Shown here one piece after another: positions 12,901-25,315 of a DNA stretch of 64,000 nt. The stretch's first letter is position 1. Every line of letters starts with the position of its first letter. Source of the DNA: Heterodontus francisci (taxonomy: Eukaryota); the NCBI RefSeq assembly GCF_036365525.1, contig NC_090411.1, forward strand, positions 27,230,819 through 27,294,818. Direction: 5' to 3'. The translations under genes were made by a program, and so were the position numbers. The notes under the pieces were generated by a model. It was not told the DNA's origin. It saw only the letters and a program-made list of their open reading frames with translations, and did not search any database.

Positions 12901-13274
12901 AGTTGCCAACTCTCCAGGGTTAGCCTGGAGTCTCCAGGAATTGAAGATTTGTCTCTAGAGCATTCTGCAAACAAACCCAGGAGAAAAATCGCAGGGCAAT
13001 TAAAATAAAATTACTATTCTTTTTCATTTTCTCCGAATACTCTTTTTTTTTTATTCGTTACAAAAATATTGGAGATTGGACAAAAGTCAGTTGGACTGAT
13101 TGTTATTCAAATAGATGATTATTGACCAAGAGTCATTTCGCTTTCCAATTGGCTGTGGGAAGGCGTGCGCTGTCAGGATGGATGTGTTGGGCAACCAGTG
13201 GCGGGAATGTAGGGGTGGAGAGGTCAGAGACATGAAACCTCCAAGAATACATTCAACCATTGTTGGCAGCCCTA
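12901..13274. mobile_element. Non-autonomous DNA transposon (MITE, hAT-like termini)
   Basis: Terminal inverted repeats gttgccaac ... gttggcagccct; the internal sequence recurs at 40242-40995. Confidence 0.65.
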
Positions 13275-13588
13275 AGACGGGTCCAACTCCTTGACGGAGG
13301 TTGGAATGTCTCCTGTATGTCATTGACCATGGTGCTGATGTTAGGGACTGGGTTAGGGATGGGGGTGGAAGTTTCTCAGGGCCAGCGGTACAACCCAATT
13401 CAGGGAGGAAAAATCTAGGCCTTCCCGTTTAGGCTCGTAGATAAAGAATAGCCACCTCTCAGTCTCGAAGAAGCTCTTGGTGCCTATGGAACTTCATCCC
13501 AGTAAGAGTCAGAGTCCTTAGGAGAGGAGAGGAATAAAAGCAGGGAACGCAAGGAATTTAGGTCCCAATAACCTTTGCTTTCCTCCAG

Positions 13589-13769
13589 ATTCCCAGTTTG
13601 AGTCACAGCGTTATCTCGCAGACGAGTTTCCGTGCAGAGTACAAATCGGTCGGAGGCCCAACTGTCTTCCAGAAACCTGTGAAGTTCCAGGTGGACATCA
13701 CATACGCAGAAGGGAGCGAGGCACAGAAAGAGAACGGGATTTATTCTGTCACGTTCACTCTAATGTCAG
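13589..13769 (+). CDS. BRSK2: BRSK-family kinase coding exon, KA1 domain ([19 protein letters not shown]...[12 protein letters not shown])
   Basis: tttcctccag acceptor, G|gtgaga donor at 13770; corresponds to ORF 13598..13816; matches BRSK2 KA1. Confidence 0.95.
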
Positions 13770-13894
13770 GTGAGAGACAATCAGGGAGAACTGGAAGCAT
13801 CTCCCAGGTAATGTAATTTCTGTACTTTACTGAGAAACTCTTGTAAAGATTTTCTTTTGTTGTGTGTGAGCCAGTATAGTCCTGTAAAAACATT

Positions 13895-14290
13895 AAAAAC
13901 CTCAAGAAAGATATTGGAATTGGAGGGAGTGCAGCACAGATTCACCAGCTTCATCTCTGGCCCTAGAGATTTAAATGACGAGGACAGATTGCATAAACTT
14001 AGCTTGTGTTCCCTTGAGTATGGAAGATTGAGGGATGATCTGATTGAGGAGTATAAAATGTTAAAAAGGTTTGATAGAGTTGATGCAAAGAAACTATTTC
14101 ACCTGGTGGGTGAATGAAGAACAAGGGGAGACAATTTTAAAATTGGAACTTGACAATTTAGGAGGGAGATCAGGAAGCAGTTTCTCAAACGTAGGGCACT
14201 AGAAATCGAGAACCCTAAAAGGATGTGGATACTGGGGGCTAATTGGAGCTTTCTGAGAAAACTGTCAGCCTCGGAGTCAACCACAAAATG
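13895..14290 (+). mobile_element. Old CR1 LINE 3' fragment
   Basis: ORF 13857..14117 (LEGVQHRFT...RLRDDLIEEYKMLKRFDRVD). Confidence 0.8.
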
Positions 14291-14554
14291 AGGGACTGGA
14301 ATCAGCTGTAGACCAGATCAGATAGGGAGGCCAGGTTCCCTTCTCTGAAGAACAATAGAACCACTTTAAATGCAACAAATGGAGGTTTTCATTGTCCTTT
14401 TTTTCCCCCGGTGTCAGCCTGCAAATGACCAGATTTACTCAATTCACTAATAGTCACAAATGTTGGAATGTGAATATACAATCTGTTGCTAGAACTGTAC
14501 CATAATCACTATGCATATAACATTCAACGTTAACAGGTTCTTTGTCTCCATCAG

Positions 14555-14644
14555 GGCCCAGCCGCAGGTTTAAGAGAGTTGTGGAAACAATCCAAGCACA
14601 GTTATTAAGTGCACATGATCAGCCCTTGGTTCAGGCACTTGCAG
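14555..14644 (+). CDS. BRSK2: BRSK-family kinase coding exon ([30 protein letters not shown])
   Basis: tctccatcag acceptor, G|gtatgt donor at 14645; [18 protein letters not shown] motif at the end of KA1. Confidence 0.95.
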
Positions 14645-15224
14645 GTATGTAATCAATACCATTGTACTGTGTATTGTCTGTGTATGTACGTGTGATAAGC
14701 GTGCATGTTCGTATAACCATGGACCAATGTATGTAAGCTAGTTGCTTTTGGAATATGATCTGCAAAGGAACTGTTGGATATCAGTTGGGAGGACAGCGTT
14801 ACCAATGCTGAGATAATGAGGAGTATCCTAGTAATAGTATGTGTTGCCGTACTACACAGCTGAAGATTTACTACCCTCAAAGGATAAGCCACTGTGTCCC
14901 AGCTGGGAAAAGTCTAAATGGAACAGAAACTATGAGAACTGAATGGAAACATTGACAACTGGGGGAGCTGGGCGAGCTCGATGATGCCAGCTTGTAGAAT
15001 CCATATTTCATCTAGCTGTGGCCCAATAGGCTGATGATCGTAACAGGATTTGAGGGAGAGATTACAGCCATTGTTCAGATTACAGACGTTGTTCAGTGAT
15101 GCAGAAGACACCCTCTCAGAACAGCAGCCCTCAATAGAGCTCCAACCACACCCACCCCCGCATTCAATCTACAAAATGTCCTGGACGAGTTGCATCCACC
15201 CCATGTTTCTCGGCCACTCAGTGA

Positions 15225-15745
15225 ACAATTTGTATTTATATAGCGCTTTTAACGTAATGCAAAGTCCCAAAAGCTTGAGTATTATAAAGTAAAATTTGAC
15301 ACCAAGCCAAATAAGGGCTATACAGGCAGATGGCCAAAAGCTTGGTCAAAGAGGTAGGTTTTACAAAGCATCTTAAAGGAGGAAAGAGAGGCAGAGAGGG
15401 TTAGGGAGGGAATGCCAGAGCTTAGGGCCTAGGCAGCTGAAGGCATGGCCGCCAATGTTGGAGCAGTCAAAATCAGGGATGCTCAAGAGGCTAGAGGAAT
15501 ACAAAGATCTCGGAGGGTTGTATGGCTGGAGGAGATTACAGAGATAGGGAGAGGTGAGGCCATGAAGGGATTTGAAAACAAATTGAGGCATTGCTTAACC
15601 AGGAGCCTGTGTTGGTCAGCGAACAGAGGGATGATGGGTGATCGGGACTTGATGCAAATTAGGAAACAGGCAGCAGAGTTTTGGAAGAGCTTAAATTTAT
15701 TGAGGGTAGAATGTGGGAGGCCAACCAGGAGTGCGTTGGAATAAG
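15225..15745 (-). mobile_element. L2-clade LINE 3' fragment
   Basis: ORF 15373..15591 (FKSLHGLTSPYLCNLLQPYNPPRSL...AFSCLGPKLWHSLP); tail ttgtatttatatagcgct on +. A second copy at 15750-15915 + 18342-18680 is split by the Tx1 insertion. Confidence 0.82.
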
Positions 15746-15915
15746 GAAATAAAACGTCCCAAAGTGCTTGAAAGGAGCATTAAAAACAAAATATATCTGA
15801 GCCACATAAGAAGATATTAGGTCAGGTGACCAAAAGGTTGGTCAAAGAGGGAGGCTTTAAGAATTGCCTTAAAGGAGGAAAGTGAGGTAGAAAGGTGGAA
15901 AGATATCAGGAGGGA

Positions 15916-18340
15916 GTACATAGATGACGTCGCCTTCCTGTCATCTATCACAGAGGTCTTAGATGACAGCAGGAGGGAGAGATTGGACAAGCCGCTAACT
16001 CTGGATGAGCTGACAAAGGCCGTCGAGTCCTTCGAGACGAGTAAGACTCCCGGGAGCGACGGCTTACCGGTCGAGTTGTACTCGGCCCTGTGGGACTGGG
16101 TCGGCCCGGACCTGCTGGAAGTATACAAGAGTATGCTCCTGGCCGGCAGCATGTCAGAATCCATGAGGAAAGGCATCATCACCCTCATTTACAAGCAGAA
16201 GGGGGAGAGGGCAGAAATCAGAAATTGGCGGCCCATCTCACTGCTTAATGTTGACTACAAGATTCTGTCCAAAGTCATAGCCAGTCGAGTCAAATCTGCT
16301 CTGGAGTTGGTGATTCACCCCGATCAGACCTGTACTGTACCCGGCAGGAAGATCTCTGATAGTCTCGCGCTACTCAGGGATACGATCGCCTACGTACGGG
16401 ACAGGAGGGTGGACACCTGCCTCATCAGCCCGGACCAGGAGAAGGCTTTTGACAGGATATCGCACACCTACATGATGGACGTGCTTTCCAAAATGGGGTT
16501 TGGGGAGGGAATCTGCAATTGGATCCAACTGCTCTACACAAACATCAGTAGCACAGTCTCAATCAATGGGTGGGAATCGGAAAGTTTCCCGATCAAATCT
16601 GGAGTCAGACAGGGCTGTCCTCTCTCCCCGGTCTTGTTTGTTTGCTGTATTGAACCCTTTGCTGAGTCTATTAGGAAGGATGTGAGCATAAGAGGGGTGA
16701 CAATCCCAGGCAGCGGAGGCACTCAGGTCAAAACCTCCCTGTACATGGATGACGTTGCCGTCTTCTGCTCGGATCTGCTGTCCGTGCGCAGACTGATGAG
16801 CATCTGCGACCAGTTCGAACTGGCCTCGGGAGCCAAAGTTAACCACGGCAAGAGCGAGGCCATGTTCTTTGGGAACTGGGCTGACCGATCCTTTGTCCCC
16901 TTCACCGTCAGGTCAGATTACCTGAAGGTGCTGGGGATATGGTTCGGAAGGGCCGGGGCGTGCACCAAAACATGGGAGGAGCGAGTAGCCAAGGTACGAC
17001 AAAAGTTGGGCATGTGGGGGCAGCAATCTCTCTCCATTGTGGGTAAGAACCTGGTCATCAGGTGCGAGGCGCTCACGTTGTTGCTCCACGTGGCGCAGGT
17101 CTGGCCCATACCCCACTCCTGTGCCGTGGCAGTCACCCGAGCCATTTTCCCCTTCGTCTGGGGATCTAAAATGGACCGGGTCCGGAGGGACACGATGTTC
17201 AAATCTCTGGACAAGGGCGGGAAAAATGTACCCAACGTGGCCCTCATCCTGATGATTACCTTCGTGTGCGGCTGCATCAAGCTGTGTGCAGATTTCCAGT
17301 ACGCAAACTCTAAGTGTCACTACGTGCTGAGGTTCTATCTGTCCCGGTGTTGCGAAGGATGGGCCTGGGCACATTGCCGCGGAACGCTCCATGCAGTTGG
17401 GCCGTGCCATACCACCTATCCTTCGTGGAGCAGTTTCTGCGGGAAAACACCTTTGACCACCGGTCCATCAGGCAGTGGTCTGCACGGAACATCCTCAAGG
17501 CCCTACAGGAAAAGGAGACGGTGGATCCTGTCGGATGGTTCTACGAGCAGACCGTCAAAGTCATTTGGCGGAATGCCTCATCACCAGAACTTTCAAACAA
17601 GCACCAAGACGTAGCTTGGCTGGTGGAGAGAAGGGCCCTCCCCGTCAGATCCTTCATGCACACCCGAAGTCTCACCCCCTCCGCACAGTACCCCCGCGTT
17701 GGCTGTGGTGGGGAAGAGACGGTTGCCCACCTCCTCCTGGAATGTGTCTTTGCAAAGCAGGTGTGGAAAGAGTTGCAGTGGTTTTTGTCGAGGTTCATCC
17801 CAAGCAGCTCTGTAACACAGGAGTCTATGCTCTACGGGCTGTTCCCAGGGACGCACACAGAGACAAACATCAACTGCTGCTGGAGGACTATCAATTCGGT
17901 GAAAGACGCCCTTTGGTCTGCCCGAAACTTGCTGGTCTTCCAGCGCAAAGAGTTGTCCACCACTGAATGTTGCAGACTGGCACATTCCAAGGTCCAGGAC
18001 TACGTGCTGAGGGACGCACTAAAGCTTGGGGCAGCCGCAGCAAAGGCTCAATGGGGAAAGACCACAGTGCAAGGTTCCCCCACCAAGCTGAACTGAGGGG
18101 CTGGATCCATGGGAAGCCCCTCGAACTGTATCGGAGAAATTTTGTGTGCTGTAAATGTAAAAATGTATATGGCATGACAATGAAATGGAAGGGTTGTGAG
18201 GCAACTCATGATTGTATAGAAGGTAACTGATCACCTTTGCACTGTTTGTATTCTTTGACTTGATGCTGTTTTAAACTGTTTGGAAATGTCATTTTTACAG
18301 ATTTTTATGAATAAAGTATATTTTGGAAATTAAAAAAAGA
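15916..18340 (+). mobile_element. 5'-truncated Tx1/L1-clade non-LTR retrotransposon (RT domain + C-terminal zinc-knuckle region, frameshifted)
   Basis: ORF 15983.. has KTPGSDGLP, NWRPISLLNVDYKIL, DQEKAFD, GVRQGCPLSP, YMDD. A 1-bp deletion near 17344 shifts into ORF 17314..18096 (CGGEETVAHLLLEC). The 3' UTR ends in AATAAA + A-tail. Inserted into an L2 fragment. Confidence 0.93.
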
Positions 18341-19019
18341 AAATTCCAGAGCTTGGGGCCTAGACAACTGGAGGCACGACCACCAATGGTGGAGCAATTA
18401 ATATCGGGGATGCTCAAGAGTAGCGCAGATATCTTGGCGGGTTGTCGGAGATTACAGGGATAGGGAGGGGTGAGGCAATGGAGGGATTTGAAAAGGAGGA
18501 GGAGGATTTTAAAAAAGAGACGTTGTTCGACTGGGAGCCAAGGTCGGTCAGCGAGAACAGGGGTGATAGGGGAATGGGACTTGGTGCGAATTAAGACATA
18601 GGCACCAGAGTTTTGGATGATTTCAAGTTTACGGAGGGTAGAATGTGGGCGAGCTAGCCAGGAGTGCGTTGGAATAAGTTACCTCGAGGAAGAATCAGAA
18701 ATGGTGGAATGATGCGAAATACTGTGATTACAGGACAATAATTTGAAACAGATTATTTGATTTTACTGAAACAAAAACAGAAAATGCTGGGAGTGCACAG
18801 CAGTTTGACAGCAACTGACAAAAGCATAAGACACAGTTAATATTTCAGGTGAGGACCCTGCATCAAGACTTAAGTGCTTTCAGGTCAAAGGTTTGTTTTT
18901 TCCCAGATGCTGAACTACCCAGATATGTGTTTCCAGAATTTTCCGTCTTTAATTCTCAGACTTCCAGGTTCTTCTTATTTTGCCACTTTATTTTACCCTT
19001 TTTCTCTGCCTCTTTTTAG

Positions 19020-19204
19020 ATGAAAAAAACGGGCAGTATAGCCATCCTTCAGGGACTTCAATCCGTGGGGCCCAGAGCATGCCCAGGGCATGGAATGATT
19101 CAGAGTCCGTGGAGCACTTCAGACGAGGAGACTCCAAACATTCGTCTTCTTTGAAAGAGAAACCCAAGCTTTTATCTTCCAATGGCACACAAAGTCAACC
19201 GTAA
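19020..19204 (+). CDS. BRSK2: BRSK-family kinase terminal coding exon (DEKNGQYSHPSG...KEKPKLLSSNGTQSQP*)
   Basis: Long pyrimidine tract + tttag acceptor. The phase-1 join gives ALADEKNG as in BRSK proteins; stop TAA ends at 19204. Confidence 0.88.
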
Positions 19205-20960
19205 AAGTTGAGCAAAAAAAAAGAAAAAACTATTTGAAAACGAGGCATCTCACGCGGTCTTTGTGAGGATGTAAATATCTTTAAACATGAAGAAAACAGA
19301 ACTGAATACAACCTCTATAGTCCCATTTCATTTTATTATTTAAGGATTGTACGGGCCACCACGCGAGGTTGGAGCCTCTGCCTTCTGAGTTGATGCACCC
19401 ATGATGCTCGCGTCTGCTTCAGGAAATTAAGGGACTCATTTCCAAAGTAACCTGTCAACTGAGAACCCAGTATATCGTTGGATTGAGGGTCTTGAGGCTT
19501 ATGCCCTGCAAACCTTCCCCTCGCAGCCTCCATGCAACCTCCCGCTGAAACAAGGGAACGTAGGTTGGGCGGGAGCAAAAACTGCTTACATCCCAGATCC
19601 ATGCAGTTATCCTGGGCAACTCCGGCCAGGAAATTTAGCAGAATCCTCTTCCTGTTTGCATCCAGCACTTTGTAGCCATGTGGATAGGATTGATTCAGAT
19701 AAAAGTCAAAGGAAAAGCAAGTACTTTTATACAGTTCTTTCCCAGTTTATTGCTGACACTTCAGGCTGGTAGAACCAGTCTTGTTTTATGCAAACGTTGC
19801 CTATCTCGCCCACGCAAGAGGCTTCAACAGCGACTTATAGGCCTGAGCGCCATTGAAGCACAAACCATCATTCGATGTTATTAAGTCAATGGCTTTGAAA
19901 GGTCAAAAAAATTACCATTTGAAAACGTGTGAGTCATTTCAATTGTCAACTGTCTTCTCCATCCCTTGCTCCAGGCTGCAGGATTGTAGAGAAACCACTC
20001 TCAGAAGGTTGTGTTTAAATCATTATGCGGGCAGCCACTTTACTTTCTTCTCTGCTTCTGTCATTGAGGAGAAGCTTCCCATTAACAGCGATCCAGGGGT
20101 GCCTCTGCTATTTGAAATATAGTGATGGCTAGGAGGGTTTTTTTTGCGACTCGGCATTCTGAATGGGATGATGTTAGAATACAGACTGGAACATTGGGCC
20201 TCATCTCTGATATCTATGTTTTAGAACAGAATATAAGATATGATGATGAATCACAGGAACTGAGGTTGGAAGTGAGTCTGGCTCTGGTGCATCTCTTAAG
20301 ACCACAGGAACAGGCCTTTCAGCCCCTCAAGCCTGTTCTGCCATTCAATTAGATCATACCTGATCTCTTCAAACTTGGGAGTTCTAAGAGGTTAACATGT
20401 TTGGCCCTTCAACTTACAGGGATAGAGCTGGACAGAGAGAAATGGACAGGGATGTGGTGAGGTAGACACCTAGACCTAGACAAGCAGAAGAAACACAGTG
20501 AAGGTAGAGGTAGAGGAGTCGATTTTAACTCTTCCCATCCAGCAGGAAACGGGCAGCAGCAGGCCAGATTTACACCCCGACTAATTTTCCTTCCCATTGA
20601 CTTCAAGGCATGAACCATTAAAATCAACTCTTATTGTTGGAGGCGAAGAGAAATATCAACAAAGAATTAGAGTCCATCAGGCCTAAAGAAAGATGAAGCA
20701 GATATACAGGACCAGAAATAGCCAGAGAACAACAAACACAGTCAGGAATGACCAAAATAATCGCAGAAACTATTCCAAATGAGTCAGCAGCAAGAGTTTT
20801 AACATACTTAGTTTGTCTGCCAAGTCCACCCTTCTCTATACTCCACTTGAATAGTTGGGGCTTATTTGAGACCAACATGCGTCAGAGTCCCTTGTCACAG
20901 GAAGACTTTGTTATTTCTGTTCCAACCAGAATTAGAAGAGGCTAGCTTTCCGCCAGATGG

Positions 20961-20966
20961 AATAAA
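20961..20966 (+). promoter_or_regulatory. Candidate proximal polyadenylation signal of the BRSK gene
   Basis: First AATAAA I could see downstream of the stop codon, about 1.75 kb away. Confidence 0.3.
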
Positions 20967-21452
20967 GAAACAAACTATCACAAAAGCAATAGTACATTCG
21001 CATGTAAAAAGGATATCACCTGGCAGTACCCCTCTGTTCACCAAGTAGGGTTCACTGAATGGGCACTAACCCATTGAAAAGATAAAACAATTTAAAAACT
21101 GCTCCCCAGTGGTGCTGATTTTTGGGGGTTACAAGAGCCAGCAGCCCATGGTACCTCACTCAAGTGCCCTTTCTTTCTGGAGCCTGGGTGGTGAAGTCAG
21201 CCTCAAACTCAGCCCTGTCCTCAATCTGATATTCACACACCTACACTATCCAGCAAGGGGGTCACAGGCTGGCTATCAAAAGCTCAGGAATGCTAATTAA
21301 ACTACTACATCCAGAATTTTGAGATTGACTAATAACCCATAAGTAGGACATAGGAATGGTGGAGTTGGGTGCAGAGAGGCAGTCTTGGACTCAGATTGGC
21401 CCCGAACTTCCATGAGATTCTCCCACGCTCCCAATATTATACATACATACAA

Positions 21453-24400
21453 TCTAGGAGCAGGAATGTCACTTAGCCTCCCGAGCCTGCTCCGCCAATC
21501 AAAAAATCATGGCTGATCTGATTGTAACCGCAACTCCACACTCCCTCCTACTCCCAATAACCTTTCACCCCCTTGCTTATCAAGAATCTACCTCTGCCTT
21601 AAAAATATTTAAAGACTCTGCTTCCACCACCTTTTGAGGAAGAGAGTTCCAAAGACTCACGACCCTCAGAAAAGTTTCTCCTCATCTCTCTCTTAATTGG
21701 ACAACCCCTAATTTTTAAATAGTGACTCCCTAGTTCCAGATTCTCCCACAAAGGGGAACATCCTTTCCACATCCACCCTGTCAAGATCCCTCAGGATCTT
21801 GTGTTTCAATCAAGTCGCCTTACTCTTCTAAATTCCAGTGGATACAAGCCAAGCCTGTCCAACCTTTCCTCATAAGACAATCTGCAAATTCCAGGTATTA
21901 GTCTAGTAAACCTTCTCTGAACTGCTTGCAACGCATTCACATCGTTCCTTAAATAAGGAGACCACTACTGTACACTACTCCAGATGTGGTCTCACCAATG
22001 CCCTTCCATTTCCTGAATTACAACTATTTCAGGGATGTTACTTGTATCCTCTATAGTGAAGGCCAATGCAAAATACCTGTTCAATTCATCTGTATACCTG
22101 AAGCATAACCCTACTTTTGTATTTGATTCCCCTCGCAATAAACAATAACATTCCATTAGCTTTCCTAATTACTTGCTGAACCTGCATACTTTTTGTGATT
22201 CATGCATGAGGACACCCAGATCCCTGTGCATCTCAGAGCTCTCTCTGAGCAATCTCTCACCATTTCGATAATATGCTTTTTTTATTCTTCCTGCCAGAAT
22301 GGATAATTTCACATTTTCCCACATTATACTCCATTTGCCAGACCCTTGCCCACTCACTTAACCTATCTATATCCCTTTGTAGCCTCCTTATGTCCTTTTC
22401 ACAACGTACTTTCCTACCTATCTTTGTGTCATTAACAAATTTAGCAACCATACCTTCGGTCCCTTCATCCAAATCATTTATATAAATTGTAAAAATTGTA
22501 TCCACAGCATGTTACTTCTTCAAAGAACTCCAATAAATTGCTTAAACATGATTTCCCTTTCACAAAACTGTGCTGACTCTACCTGATTACCTTGAATTTT
22601 TCTAAGTGCCCTGCTACAACATTTTCCCTAAGACAGATGTTAAGCTAACTGGCCTGTAGTTTCCTGCTCTCTGTCTCCCACCCTTTTTGAATAAAGGAGT
22701 TACAGTTGCTATTTTCCAATCTAATGGAACCTTCCCTGAATCTAGGGAATTTTGGAAAATTACAACCAATGCATCAACTACCTCACCAGCCACTTCTTTT
22801 AGGACCCTAGGATGAAGTCCATCAGGACCTGGGGTCTTGTCAGCCTCCAGATCCAACAATTTGCTCAGTACGATTTCCCTGGTGATTGTAATTTTCTTGA
22901 GTTCCTCCCACCCTTCCATTTCCTGAATTACAGCTATTTCAGGGATGTTAATTGTATCCTCTATGGTGAAGACCGATGCAAAATACCTGTTCAATTCATT
23001 TGCCATCTCCTTTCTTTCCCTTAATTCCCCAGACTCACTTTCTATAGGACCAACACTCACTTTAACTCTTTTTTAAAAATATCTGTAGAAACTCTTACTA
23101 TGCTTTTATATTTCTCATTAGCTTTCTCTTGTACTCTAATCTTTCCCACCTTATCAAACTTTTAGTTATTCTTTCCTGTTTTTTATATTCCATCTTTGCA
23201 CAATTATATACTCTTTCTTAAGTTTGATTCTATCTTTAACCTTTTTAGTTAACCAAGGAATATTTTTCGCTCGTTGGAATGTAACTATTCTGTGTATTCT
23301 GAAATATCCCTTAAAAGTCTGCCACTGCATCTCTATTGACATGTCCATTAAACTAATTTGCCAGTTCTCTTTAGCCAGCTCTGCTTTCATACCCTCATAA
23401 TTACCCTTATTTAAGTTTAAAATACTAGTCGTAGACCCACTCTTCTCTCCCTCAAACTGAAGGTAAAATTCAATATTATGATTGCTGCTACCTAGGGGCA
23501 CCTTCACTATGAAATCACCAATTAATCCTATCTCAGAATCACAAAAATGTTACAGAACAGAAGGAGGCCATTTGGCCCATTGTGTCTGCGCTGGCTGTCT
23601 GAGCTATTCACCTAGTGCCACTCCCCCACCTACTCCCCGTAACCTTGCACATCCTTCCTTTTCAAATAAGTCCAATTCCCTCTTGAATGCCTCGATTGAA
23701 CCTGCCTCCACCACTCTCATTCCAGTGCATTCAAGATCCTAACCACTCTCTGCGTGAAAAAGTTTTTCCCCATGTCGCCTTTGCTTCTTCTGCCAATTAC
23801 CTTAAATCTGTGCCCTATTGTTCTCTATCTTTCCACCAATGGGAATAGCTGTTCCCTATCTACTCGGTCCGGACCTCATGGTTTTGAATTACTCAATCAA
23901 ATCTCCTCTCAGCCTTCTCTTCAAGGAAAACAGTCCCAATCTATCAACGTAACTGAAGTTCCTCATCTCTGGAACGATTCTCGTGAATCTTTTCTGCACT
24001 CTCTCTAATGCCTTCACATCTTTCCTAACATGTGGCACCTAGGACTGGACACAATACTCCAGTTGAGTCTGAACCAGTGTTCTATATAAGTTTACTTCCT
24101 TGCTTTTGTACTCTGTGCCCCTATTATTGAAGTCTAGGATGTTATGCTCTATTAACTGCTCTCTCAACCTGTCCTGTGACTGTCAATGATTTATGCACAT
24201 ATACACCCGGATCCCTCTGCTCCTGCACTCCCCTTTAGAATTGCACCCTTTATTTTATATTATCGCTCCATGTTCTTCCTACCAAAATGAATCACTTCAC
24301 ACTTCTCGACGTTAAATTTCATCTACCATTTGTCCACCATTCCACCAACCTGTCTCTGTCCTTTTAAAGTTCTACACTATCCTCCTCACAGTTCACAATG

Positions 24401-25315
24401 TTTCCAAGTTTTGTATCATCCTCAAATTTTGAAATTGTGCCCTGTACACTAAGGGTCTAGGTCATTAACATATATCAGGAGCCAGCAGCCCGTGGTATCT
24501 CACTCAAGTGCCCTTTCTTTCTGGAGCCTGGGTGGTGATGTCAGCCTCAAACTCAGCCCTGTCCTCAATCTGATATTCAGTGTTTTCATTGACCCCTGGG
24601 GAACTCCACTACAACCTTCCTCCAGCTTGAAAACCATCCAATCACTACTCTCTGTTTCCTGTTACCCTGCCAATTTCATATTCATGTTGCTATTGTCCCT
24701 TTTATTCCATGAGTTATAACTTCGCTCACAAGTCTGTTGTGCAGCACTTTATCAAATACTTTTTGGAAGTCCACATACACTATATCAACAGCATTACGCT
24801 GATCAACTTTCTCTGTTAACTCCTCAAAAAAACTCCAGCAAGTTAAACACAATTTTCCCTTCACAAATCTGTGCTGGCTTTCCCTAATTAACCTGATTTT
24901 CTAGAAGTTTTCCCCACCATCTCATTGCACAATACCAGGTCTAGTATAGCCTGTTCTCTGGTTGGTTCCAGAACATGCTGTTCTAAGAAACTATCCTGAA
25001 AACATCCTATGAACTCATCGAGGCTACCTTTGTCCGTCTGACTTTTCCAGTCCATATGTAGATTAAAATCCCCCCATGATTATTGTCGTACCTTTCAGAC
25101 AAGCTCCCATTATGTTTTCCTTGATACTCTGTCCTACCATGTGTGATTACTGTTAGGGGGCCTGTACATCACTCCCATGAGTGACTTCTTGCCTTTATTG
25201 TTTCTCGTCTCTACCCAAACTGCTTCTACATCCTGAACTTAGGTCATCCCTCTCTATTGCGCTAATACCATCGATAATTAACAGAGCCAACCCTCCACCT
25301 TTTCCTAGCTTCCTG
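21453..25315 (-). mobile_element. Degenerate CR1-clade LINE (same subfamily as 44928-47203) interrupted by a second, nested CR1 at about 23535-24890
   Basis: ORFs 22614..23060, 22257..22505 and 23166..23507 match the 45-47 kb copy. A second CR1 3' tail (agaatcacaaaaatgttacagaacagaaggaggccatt) starts at about 23535 and runs to the RT core (ORF 24682..24864). Confidence 0.88.

Noticed and set aside
15047-15292. LQTLFSD resembling BRSK2 IKQLFSD, as a possible alternative exon
   Set aside because: No pyrimidine tract; the nearest AG gives a different frame that stops quickly; the match comes from a short local duplication.
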